Assembly (NCBI GenBank): GCA_963786235.1
Contig: CAWAYJ010000020.1
Span: 35,804-99,803 of the forward strand
DNA: 64,000 bases
Direction of reading: 5' to 3'
DNA from: an uncultured Gemmatimonadales bacterium
Lineage (GTDB): Bacteria; Gemmatimonadota; Gemmatimonadetes; Longimicrobiales; RSA9
Position numbers and translations under genes: made by a program. The notes beneath the pieces are model-generated. The model worked only from the letters and a program-made list of their open reading frames with translations, searched no databases and had not been told where the DNA came from. This document shows positions 47,637-56,006 of the stretch, piece after piece. Each line of letters opens with the position of its first letter. The stretch's first letter is position 1.

Positions 47637-48329
47637 ATGTATGCAGCACGGTTGCGCGAGAGCCTGCCGCAGGTCCGGGAGCGGATCGCGGGGGCGGTGG
47701 CACGGTCGAGCCGGGGCGAGCCGGTCGGCATCGTCGCGGTGACGAAGGGGCACCCTGTGACGGCGGTCCGGGCCGCGGTCGAAGCGGGCCTGGTGGACTG
47801 CGGCGAGAACCGTGTGGCGGAACTGGCGTCGAAGCGAGCCGAGCTGGGCGATCTCGCGCGGTGGCATCTGATCGGTCACCTTCAGCGGAACAAGGTCCGG
47901 CAGGCGCTTCCGTTGTTCCGGCTGGTTCACTCGCTGGACTCGTTGCGGCTGGCGCGAGAAGTGTCAAAGGAAGCGGAGCGGGCGGGCATCGAGATCCGGG
48001 CGCTGGTTCAGGTGAACGCGTCGGGGGAGGGTGCCAAAGGTGGTTTCGAGGTTGCGGCGGGAACGAAAGCCATCACGGAAGTGGCTTCCCTGCCGAAACT
48101 CCGGATCGAGGGCCTCATGACGATGGCCCCGTTGACGGACGATGAGGAAGTGCTGAGGGCGACGTTCCGGCGAACGCGGGCTCTGTTTGAGGAGTGCGCG
48201 CGTTCGGTGTCCGGATTCGATCCCCGGTTTCTCTCGATGGGCATGTCGAACGATTTCGAGATCGCCGTCGAGGAGGGCGCCAACCTCGTCCGTCTGGGCA
48301 CGATCCTATTCGGGGAGCGGTCAGAATGA
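47637..48329 (+). CDS. yggS: PLP homeostasis protein YggS
   Basis: VAVTK, GENRV.E, WHLIGHLQRNK, GLMTM, LSMGMSNDF..AVEEG..VRLG. Confidence 0.95.
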   Translation: MYAARLRESLPQVRERIAGAVARSSRGEPVGIVAVTKGHPVTAVRAAVEAGLVDCGENRVAELASKRAELGDLARWHLIGHLQRNKVRQALPLFRLVHSLDSLRLAREVSKEAERAGIEIRALVQVNASGEGAKGGFEVAAGTKAITEVASLPKLRIEGLMTMAPLTDDEEVLRATFRRTRALFEECARSVSGFDPRFLSMGMSNDFEIAVEEGANLVRLGTILFGERSE

Positions 48330-49600
48330 TGGAACTGACGCCGCTGGATGTACGCAAGAAAAAGGGCGATTTCCGCCGGACCCTGCGCGGATACGATCCG
48401 GCTGTGGTCGACGATTTCCTGGACCTCGTGGCCGACCGGATGGAGACGCTGGTCCGCGGCGCGGCGGGCGTGAACGAGAAGATCGCCCGGCTCGAGCAGC
48501 AGGTCGCGGATTACCGCGACCGGGAAAAGGCGCTGACCGAAGCGCTGGTGACGGCGCAGGAGATGCGCGAGGAGATGCGATCCCAGTCGACCCGCGAAGT
48601 CGACCTGCTGCGTCGCCAGGCGGAAGCGGACGCGGAGTCGATCCGGGGCGAAGCGGTGCGCGCGCGGGAGCGCGAGGAGGGGGCGCTCAGCTCCTTGCGT
48701 TCGAAGCAGCTCCAGTTCCTCGCGAGCTACCGCACCTTCCTCGAGCAGGAACTGTCCGACCTCGCGGCCCACTCCCGTGCGCTCGAGATGCAGGCGGGCC
48801 GTGTCGGTGCTGCCCCGGCCCCCCGGCCCCCGTTCCGGCAGCAGGCGCCGGCGGCGTCGCCCGCGGAATCGAGGTCGACGCCGGCGCCGGAGGCAGCCCT
48901 GGCGGAATCGCGTCCGTCGCCCGGACCGCCCGTGGCACCGCAGGCCTCGAGCGCCGCCCCACCGGCCGCGATCGCGCCGGTCGTGGCGCCAGCCGTGCCG
49001 CCGATTCCAGCGGCCGAGCCGGAACCGGCCGGCGCGGGCAGCGATTCCGAGAGCGGCGAAGGGGACATCGACGCGCACGTGGGTGCGGCGCTTGCCGAGT
49101 GGACGACGGAATTCGACGACCTGCTCAAGGGCGCAAACGAAGCGGAGTCCGAGGCGGAGACGGAGTTGATCCTGTCCGACGACGACGTGGTGGCGGAGGA
49201 ACCGGAGCTGCTGCTCGACGATGGCGAAATCGCGTCGTCGGCGGCGCCGGAGCCGGTGCAGTCGGAACCGGAGCCCGAACCGGAACCGGAGCCGAAGTAC
49301 GACGAGAAGGCGTTCAAGCAGGAGGTCAGCGCGGCGTTCTCCGACACGGACGCGCCGGACGACGATCTGCTCGATCTCGACTCGTTCGACTCGCTCCGGG
49401 GCGGAGTGGACCCCGCGCTCGGCGAATCGATCGTGGGACCGCCACCGGTGATTCCTCCGGACGAGTTGACGATCAACCCCGTTTTCCTCGAGCGGGCGAC
49501 GCCGGAAGGTGAGCCGGAGGGCGGGTCGGACGAGGGCGAACGGCGGGAGCCGTCCCCTCGAGGGGACATGTTTTCGTCCATGTTCGAGGACGACGGGTGA
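48326..49600 (+). CDS. divIVA: DivIVA-domain protein with long Pro/acidic disordered tail
   Basis: LTPLDV.K...F...LRGYD...VDDFLD, coiled coil, then Pro/Ala-rich and Asp/Glu-rich tail. Confidence 0.88.
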   Translation: MMELTPLDVRKKKGDFRRTLRGYDPAVVDDFLDLVADRMETLVRGAAGVNEKIARLEQQVADYRDREKALTEALVTAQEMREEMRSQSTREVDLLRRQAEADAESIRGEAVRAREREEGALSSLRSKQLQFLASYRTFLEQELSDLAAHSRALEMQAGRVGAAPAPRPPFRQQAPAASPAESRSTPAPEAALAESRPSPGPPVAPQASSAAPPAAIAPVVAPAVPPIPAAEPEPAGAGSDSESGEGDIDAHVGAALAEWTTEFDDLLKGANEAESEAETELILSDDDVVAEEPELLLDDGEIASSAAPEPVQSEPEPEPEPEPKYDEKAFKQEVSAAFSDTDAPDDDLLDLDSFDSLRGGVDPALGESIVGPPPVIPPDELTINPVFLERATPEGEPEGGSDEGERREPSPRGDMFSSMFEDDG

Positions 49601-50454
49601 CGAGTGAGCGGGAAGAGGTCACGAAGGCAATAGAGGAAGCAGCAGCCACGATTCGAGGCCGGTCAGACACCCGGCCCGAAGTGGCGATCATCCTGGGAAC
49701 GGGACTCGGGCATGCGGCGCGCGAGATCCGTGACCCGGTCGTAATACCCTACCCCGAGATCCCGCATTTCCCGGAGCCGTCGATCGAGACGCACGACGGA
49801 CGGCTCCTGCTCGGCGAGCTCGGCGGCCGCCGGGTCGCAGCCCTCCAGGGCCGGTTCCACCGCTACGAAGGATACGACCTGGGGCAGGTGACGTTCCCGG
49901 TCCGGGTCCTGGGCGTGCTGGGCGCCCGATCCCTGATCGTGTCGAATGCCGGCGGCGGGCTGAACCCGTTGTGGTGCCCGGGTGACATCGTGGTTCTCGA
50001 CGACCACATCAACCTGTTGGGTGGGAACCCGCTCATGGGTCCGAACCTGGACGCGCTCGGTCCGCGCTTTCCGGACATGTCGGAGCCGTACGACCGGGAG
50101 CTGCAGCGCCTGGCGGAGACGGTCGCGCTGGAAGCGGGATTCCCGCTGCGGCGTGGCGTGTACGTGGCGGTGGCGGGCCCGAACCTCGAGACGAGGGCGG
50201 AGTACCGGATGCTCCGGCGTCTGGGCGCGGACGTCGTCGGGATGAGCACGGTCCCGGAAGTGATCGTGGCGCGTCACATGGGCATGAGGGTACTGGGTCT
50301 GAGCATCATCACGGATGCGTGCCTGCCGGACGCGCTGGAGCCGGCGGCGATCGATACCATCATCGAGACGGCCAGGATGGCCGAGCCGCGGCTCACGGAG
50401 CTGATCACACAAGTCCTGAGGCGGTGGCCGGGTGGAGGGAGCAAGGATGCCTGA
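49597..50454 (+). CDS. punA: purine-nucleoside phosphorylase (trimeric type)
   Basis: IILGTGLG, GRFH.YEG, GPRFPDMS, GPNLET.AE, VGMSTVPE. Confidence 0.92.
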   Translation: MTSEREEVTKAIEEAAATIRGRSDTRPEVAIILGTGLGHAAREIRDPVVIPYPEIPHFPEPSIETHDGRLLLGELGGRRVAALQGRFHRYEGYDLGQVTFPVRVLGVLGARSLIVSNAGGGLNPLWCPGDIVVLDDHINLLGGNPLMGPNLDALGPRFPDMSEPYDRELQRLAETVALEAGFPLRRGVYVAVAGPNLETRAEYRMLRRLGADVVGMSTVPEVIVARHMGMRVLGLSIITDACLPDALEPAAIDTIIETARMAEPRLTELITQVLRRWPGGGSKDA

Positions 50455-53400
50455 GGAGGCGGAAAAGCAGCCGGGTTCCCGGCCGTCCGCGACGACGTAT
50501 CCGGAGTATCCGGCGTCGCCGCAGGCGCTGGAGGAGTCGATCCTCCAGCTCTGGCGGGCGGAGGAGACGTTCCGCCGCACGCTCGCGGCGACCGCGGACT
50601 CGCCCGAGTTCGTGTTCTACGAGGGACCGCCGACGGCGAACGGCCGGCCGGGGATCCATCACGTCATCAGCCGGACCATCAAGGACCTGGTGTGCCGGTA
50701 CCAGACGATGCTGGGCCGGCACGTGACGCGGATCGCGGGCTGGGACACGCACGGGCTGCCGGTCGAGATCGAGGCGGAGAAGAAGCTCGGCATAAGCGGC
50801 AAGCGGCAGATCGAGGCGCTGGGCATCGAGCGCTTCAACGCGGTCTGCCGGGAGAGCGTGTTCACGTACAAGGAGGAGTGGGAGCGGCTGTCCGAGCGCA
50901 TCGGCTACTGGCTCGACTACTCGAATCCGTACGTCACGTTCGCCACGCCCTACATCGAGTCCGTGTGGTGGATCCTGCGCCAGCTGCACGACCGCGGGCT
51001 CATCTACCGTGGCTACAAGAGCGTGCCCTACTGCCCGCGCTGTGGCACGGCGCTCAGCTCGCACGAGGTCGCGCAGGGCTACGAGGATGTCGAAGACCCA
51101 TCGATCTACTTTCTCGCCCCGTTCCTGAACGCGGACGGGTCCGAGGACGCGGAGGGCCGGTCGTTCGTGGTCTGGACGACGACGCCGTGGACGCTGCCGT
51201 CCAACGTCGCGCTCGCGCTGAACGCCGACCTCGCGTACGTCGAAGTCGAGCACGAGGGCCGGCGGCTGGTGCTCGCCGAGCCGCGAATGCGCGCGGTGTT
51301 GGGCGATGATGCGCGCATCCTGCGCGTGTACGGCGCCTCGGAGCTGAAGGGCCAGCGCTACCGCCGGCCGTTCGACCTGGTCCCTGCGGAAGACACGGGA
51401 ACGGCGTGGCGCGTAGTGCTGGAGCCCTTCGTGACGGCGGAAGACGGCACCGGCATCGTGCACCTCGCGCCGGCGTTCGGCGCGGACGACTTCGCGGCGG
51501 GCCAGAAGTACGACCTGCCGATGCTGCGGCCCGTGGATGATGCGGGCCGGTTCGGCGCGGAAGTCCCGCTCGTGGGCGGGCAGTTCGTGAAGGATGCGGA
51601 TCCCGCGTTGGTGGAGGATCTGGAATCGCGCGGGCTGGTGTTCCGCTTCCTCTACGAAGTGCACAACTACCCGCACTGCTGGCGCTGCCGGAGCCCGCTG
51701 CTCTACATGGCGCGTGACTCCTGGTACATCCGGACGACGGCCGTACGCGACGCCATGCTGGAGAACAACGCGGCGGTCGGCTGGCACCCGCCCGAGATGG
51801 GCTCGGGCCGTTTCGGCGAGTGGCTGGCGGGCAACGTGGACTGGGCGCTGTCGCGCGAGCGGTACTGGGGCACGCCGCTGCCGGTCTGGGTGTGCGAGAG
51901 CGACGCGGAGCACATCGAGGTCATCGGCTCCCTCGCCGAGTTGGCGGATCGGGCGGGCCCGCTGGGCGCCGACTTCGATCCGCACCGCCCCTGGATCGAC
52001 GCGCTGACCTGGGACTGCGGCACCTGTGGCGGCGCCATGCGGCGCACGCCCGAGGTCATCGACGCCTGGTTCGACTCGGGCTCCATGCCCTACGCCCAGT
52101 GGCACTACCCGTTCGAGAACGACAAAGTCTGGCGCCGCCATTTCCCGGCCGACTTCATCTGCGAGGGCGTGGACCAGACGCGCGGCTGGTTCTACTCGCT
52201 GATGGCGATTTCGACGATGCTCGGACACGGTCCGGCCTATCGCGCGGTCGTGGTCAACGACCTTCTGCTCGACGCCGAAGGCCTGAAGATGTCGAAATCG
52301 CGCGGCAACGTCGTGAACCCGTGGGACGCGATCGATGAGTTCGGCGCGGACGTCGTGCGCTGGTACCTGCTCACGGTGAGCCAGCCGTGGGTGCCCAAGC
52401 GCTTCGATCCGGCCGCGCTCGCGGAGAACGCGCGTCGCACGTTCGACACGCTGGCGCACACGTACCGCTTCTTCACGCTGTACGCGAACCTCGAGGGCTG
52501 GACGCCAGCTCCGGCCGATCCAGCGGCCGGCGACCGCGGCATCCTCGACCGCTGGATCCTGTCGCGGGCGGCGGGTCTGGCGGCGGGCGTGAAGGCGGAT
52601 CTCGATGCGTACGAGGTCACGCGAGCGGCGCGCTCGATCGGCGACTTCGTCGTGGACGACCTCTCGAACTGGTACGTGCGGAGAGGGCGGGACCGCTTCT
52701 GGGGCAGCGCGGACGCGGCCGACACGCGCGCCGCCTTTGCGACGCTGCACGACGTGCTGCTCGTCGTCGCGCGGCTGCTGGCGCCGTTCACGCCGTTCCA
52801 CGCCGACTGGCTCTTCCGCGGCCTCACGGGAGCCGGCCGCAGCGTGCATCTCGAGCGCTTCCCCGGCGCCGACGGCGGGGCCGCGCTTCCGGTGCGCGAT
52901 CCACGCCTGGAAGCGGGGATGGAGGCGGTGCGCGAGCTGGTCCGGCTCGGCCGCGCGGCGCGCGAGCGGGCGCGGATCCGCGTGCGGCAGCCACTCCGTA
53001 CACTGTACGCGGTGGCGCCGGACCGGGGCGTGGTGAGCGCCGACCTGCTGGTGCTGCTGCAGGACGAGTTGAACATCAAGGACGTGCAGTTCCTCGACCG
53101 TGCGGAGGAGCTGCTCACCTACCGCGCGATCCCGAACTTCCGGGTGGTAGGCAAGCGGTTCGGCGGGCGGACGCAACGCGCGGCCGACCGGATCCGGGCG
53201 CTGGAGTCGGACGCGCTGCTCGCGTTCCGGAGCGGCGCGCCGCTGGACATCGAGCTGGATGGCGAGCGTTTCGCGCTGAGCGCAGACGAGGTCGAGTTGC
53301 GCGAGGAGCCGCGCGGCGAGCTGGTAGTGGAGACGGACGGCGGCTTCACCGTCGCGCTGGACACGAACATTGACGAAGCGCTCCGGCTGGAGGGCCTGGC

Positions 53401-53656
53401 GCGCGAGCTGGTGAACCGGATCCAGCGGCTGCGCCGCGAGGCGGGACTGCACGTGAGTGACCGGATCCGGGTCCACATCCACGGCGACGCGCAGCTCGCG
53501 GCGACCACCGCGGTCCACGGCGAATGGATCGCGGGCGAGACGCTCGCGGTCGAGCTGGGCACGGAGCAGTCGCTGCCCCCGGCCGACGCGGGGCTGCAGC
53601 AGCTGGACATCGATGGTGTCGCGGTATGGATCGGAGTCAGCCGGGTCGCAACATGA
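50447..53656 (+). CDS. ileS: isoleucyl-tRNA synthetase (type 2)
   Basis: GPPTANGRPGIHH, GWDTHGLPVE, WTTTPWTLP, KMSKS, long type-2 C-terminus (EGLARELVNRIQ.LR). Confidence 0.96.
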   Translation: MPEEAEKQPGSRPSATTYPEYPASPQALEESILQLWRAEETFRRTLAATADSPEFVFYEGPPTANGRPGIHHVISRTIKDLVCRYQTMLGRHVTRIAGWDTHGLPVEIEAEKKLGISGKRQIEALGIERFNAVCRESVFTYKEEWERLSERIGYWLDYSNPYVTFATPYIESVWWILRQLHDRGLIYRGYKSVPYCPRCGTALSSHEVAQGYEDVEDPSIYFLAPFLNADGSEDAEGRSFVVWTTTPWTLPSNVALALNADLAYVEVEHEGRRLVLAEPRMRAVLGDDARILRVYGASELKGQRYRRPFDLVPAEDTGTAWRVVLEPFVTAEDGTGIVHLAPAFGADDFAAGQKYDLPMLRPVDDAGRFGAEVPLVGGQFVKDADPALVEDLESRGLVFRFLYEVHNYPHCWRCRSPLLYMARDSWYIRTTAVRDAMLENNAAVGWHPPEMGSGRFGEWLAGNVDWALSRERYWGTPLPVWVCESDAEHIEVIGSLAELADRAGPLGADFDPHRPWIDALTWDCGTCGGAMRRTPEVIDAWFDSGSMPYAQWHYPFENDKVWRRHFPADFICEGVDQTRGWFYSLMAISTMLGHGPAYRAVVVNDLLLDAEGLKMSKSRGNVVNPWDAIDEFGADVVRWYLLTVSQPWVPKRFDPAALAENARRTFDTLAHTYRFFTLYANLEGWTPAPADPAAGDRGILDRWILSRAAGLAAGVKADLDAYEVTRAARSIGDFVVDDLSNWYVRRGRDRFWGSADAADTRAAFATLHDVLLVVARLLAPFTPFHADWLFRGLTGAGRSVHLERFPGADGGAALPVRDPRLEAGMEAVRELVRLGRAARERARIRVRQPLRTLYAVAPDRGVVSADLLVLLQDELNIKDVQFLDRAEELLTYRAIPNFRVVGKRFGGRTQRAADRIRALESDALLAFRSGAPLDIELDGERFALSADEVELREEPRGELVVETDGGFTVALDTNIDEALRLEGLARELVNRIQRLRREAGLHVSDRIRVHIHGDAQLAATTAVHGEWIAGETLAVELGTEQSLPPADAGLQQLDIDGVAVWIGVSRVAT

Positions 53657-54150
53657 GCACCAGGGTCGAGAAGGTCCGTCTGCTCGCGGTCGTGCTTGCA
53701 ACCGTGGTCCTGCTGGACCTGGTCACGAAGACGCTCGTGCAGAGCAACTTCACGCTCGACCAGCAGGTGGACGTGCTGGGAAGTGTGATCCGCCTCACCT
53801 ACATCCAAAATCCGGGCGCCGCGTTCGGTCTGTATTTCGGACCGTGGTCGCGCCAGATCTTCCTCGCGCTCTCGCTGGTCGCGCTGGTCGTGCTCGCGGC
53901 GCTCTACTGGTACACGCCCGCGCCGGACAAGGCGCGGCTGCTGGCGATCGCGCTCCTCTGCGGCGGTGCGCTCGGCAACCTCGTCGACCGGATGCGCTCG
54001 CCGCGCGGCGTCGTCGACTTCGTCGATGTCGGCCTGGGCGCGATCCGCTGGCCCGTGTTCAACGTCGCCGACATCGCGGTGACGACGGGCGCGATCGTGC
54101 TGGCGCTTTCGCTCTGGCGGGAGGATCGGCGCATTGAGCAGGGACAGTGA
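53653..54150 (+). CDS. lspA: lipoprotein signal peptidase II
   Basis: D.VTK, NPGAAFG, GALGNLVDR, VVDF, FNVAD. Confidence 0.95.
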   Translation: MSTRVEKVRLLAVVLATVVLLDLVTKTLVQSNFTLDQQVDVLGSVIRLTYIQNPGAAFGLYFGPWSRQIFLALSLVALVVLAALYWYTPAPDKARLLAIALLCGGALGNLVDRMRSPRGVVDFVDVGLGAIRWPVFNVADIAVTTGAIVLALSLWREDRRIEQGQ

Positions 54151-55111
54151 ACCGGTCCGCCACCGGCTGATCGTCGGACCGGAGCCGGCCCGCCGGCTCG
54201 ACGTCTGGATCGCGGAGCGGCTGCCGGATCTCTCGCGGAGCCGCGTCGCGCAGCTGGTCGAGCAAGGTCGCGTAACACGGAACGGCCGCGTTCCGAAGAA
54301 GCGGGATGCGCCCGAACCGGGCGACGTGATCGAGATCGAGATTCCGCCGCCCGAACCTTCCGCGCTGCTTGCCGAAGCGATCCCGCTCGACATCGTGCAC
54401 GAGGACGATGACCTGCTCGTCATCGACAAGCCCGCCGGACTCGTGGTGCACCCCGCGCCCGGGCACCGCACCGGAACGCTCGTCAACGCGCTGCTGCACC
54501 ATGTCGGCGAGCTCACATCGATCGGCGGCGTCCGCCGCCCCGGCATTGTTCATCGGCTCGACAAGGAGACGTCCGGCCTCATGCTCGTGGCGCGGACCGA
54601 CTTCGCGCACCGCGCGCTGTCCGCCGCGCTGAAGCGGCGCGCCGTGCGACGCGCGTACCTCGCCGCCGCGTGGGGGCACGTGGCGAGCGACGAGTTGACC
54701 GTCGATGCACCCATCGGCCGCTCCGCCAATGATCGCAAGCGCATGGGCGTCGTGGCCGGCGGCAGATCGGCCGTGACCCATTTCCGCCGCCTCGAGCGCT
54801 GGGTCGCGGCCGATCTGCTCGAGGCCCGGCTCGAAACCGGTCGCACCCACCAGATCCGCGTCCACCTCATGTCCATCGGACACCCCGTCGTCGGCGATCC
54901 CGAGTACGGCGGCGGTGGAGACCGAGGAATGAGTGGGCCCGGCCGGGCGTGGGCCCGAGAGCTCGCCCGCCGCGTACCACGCCAGTTCCTGCACGCGTAC
55001 GAGCTGGAGTTCCGACACCCGCGGACGGGCGAGACGCTCCGCTTCCGTTCCCCGCTTCCGCCCGACCTGGCCGCTGCCGCCGATTGGGCCCGGGCGGACC
55101 CGAACCGTTGA
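54134..55111 (+). CDS. rluD: RluA-family pseudouridine synthase (RluD-like, S4 domain)
   Basis: RLD, KPAGLVVHP, HRLDKETSG, TGRTHQIRVH, GD..YG. Confidence 0.92.
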   Translation: MSRDSEPVRHRLIVGPEPARRLDVWIAERLPDLSRSRVAQLVEQGRVTRNGRVPKKRDAPEPGDVIEIEIPPPEPSALLAEAIPLDIVHEDDDLLVIDKPAGLVVHPAPGHRTGTLVNALLHHVGELTSIGGVRRPGIVHRLDKETSGLMLVARTDFAHRALSAALKRRAVRRAYLAAAWGHVASDELTVDAPIGRSANDRKRMGVVAGGRSAVTHFRRLERWVAADLLEARLETGRTHQIRVHLMSIGHPVVGDPEYGGGGDRGMSGPGRAWARELARRVPRQFLHAYELEFRHPRTGETLRFRSPLPPDLAAAADWARADPNR

Positions 55112-55182
55112 CCCCGGAGAGGCGCCATGACTACTGTTGGGAACCCCCACCCGCCTTTCTCCCCGAAACGCGTACAGCGGTG

Positions 55183-55602
55183 ATGGACGACCGCGAGCAG
55201 GCTCAGCCCCGGGCGCCGAGCCCCGAGTTCCGCCGCGTCCTCGCGCGATGCGGGTCGCGTTCGGTGCTGATTGCGCTCGACAGAGTCTCGGAAATACTTA
55301 TGCCTCAGCCCTTTACAAGGATCCCGGGGGCCGGGCCCGAGGTTTGCGGCCTGATCGGGGTCCGCGGCCGCGTCCTGACGGTGTTCGACCTCTGTGGGTT
55401 GCTCGGCGAGAAGCCCATCGACACGGCTCGGGACCACCGGATCCTGGTCGTGAGGGCCGCCGACCGGGTCGTCGGGCTGGCCGTCCCCGACGTCGCGACG
55501 GTGGCGGAGGACGAAGCGGGCGACGTGGCGGAGGCGGCGCCCGGAACGGCAAAGGCGGAGGAACTGGATCTCGATCGGCTGATCCGCTCGAAGCTTGCGT
55601 GA
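55183..55602 (+). CDS. cheW: CheW-like adaptor (DifC-like)
   Basis: V.EI...FTRIPG....GLIGVRGRVLTVFDL, GLAV..V; start uncertain. Confidence 0.8.
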   Translation: MDDREQAQPRAPSPEFRRVLARCGSRSVLIALDRVSEILMPQPFTRIPGAGPEVCGLIGVRGRVLTVFDLCGLLGEKPIDTARDHRILVVRAADRVVGLAVPDVATVAEDEAGDVAEAAPGTAKAEELDLDRLIRSKLA

Positions 55603-55638
55603 GCAACAGCCGATATTTGAAAAGAGAAAGAGGAAACA

Positions 55639-56001
55639 ATGGCTCGACGAATTCTGATATGCGACAATGCGCTGTTCATGCGCACGATGCTGGCCGAGAT
55701 CCTGGAACAGGCGGGATTCGAGGTGTCGGGGCAGGCGGCGAGCGGGACGGAGGCGGTGCGCCTGTATCGCGAGCTGCAGCCGGACCTGGTGACGATGGAC
55801 ATCATCATGCCGGACATGGGTGGGATCGACGCGGTGAAGGAGATCATGCGGCAGAACCCGGACGCGAACATCGTGATGTGCAGCGCGATGGGCCAGCAGA
55901 GCCTGGTGATCGAGGCGATCCAGGCCGGTGCCCGTGACTTCGTCGTGAAGCCGTTCCAACCGTCGCGCGTTCTGGAGGCGGTCCAGCGGGTCCTGGGCTG
56001 A
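55639..56001 (+). CDS. cheY: CheY-like single-domain response regulator (DifD/Bacillus-type)
   Basis: LFMR, PDLVTMDIIMP, MCSAMGQ, DFVVKPF. Confidence 0.92.
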   Translation: MARRILICDNALFMRTMLAEILEQAGFEVSGQAASGTEAVRLYRELQPDLVTMDIIMPDMGGIDAVKEIMRQNPDANIVMCSAMGQQSLVIEAIQAGARDFVVKPFQPSRVLEAVQRVLG

Positions 56002-56006
56002 GCGTT

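Noticed and set aside
50405-53701. 1098-aa antisense ORF over ileS, and similar long antisense or off-frame ORFs (4017-6668, 17228-20437, 22837-25695, 55305-58496, 58605-61307)
   Set aside because: Shadow frames expected at this GC content; Arg/Pro/Ala-rich or mirror-codon text with no motifs, fully overlapping well-supported genes
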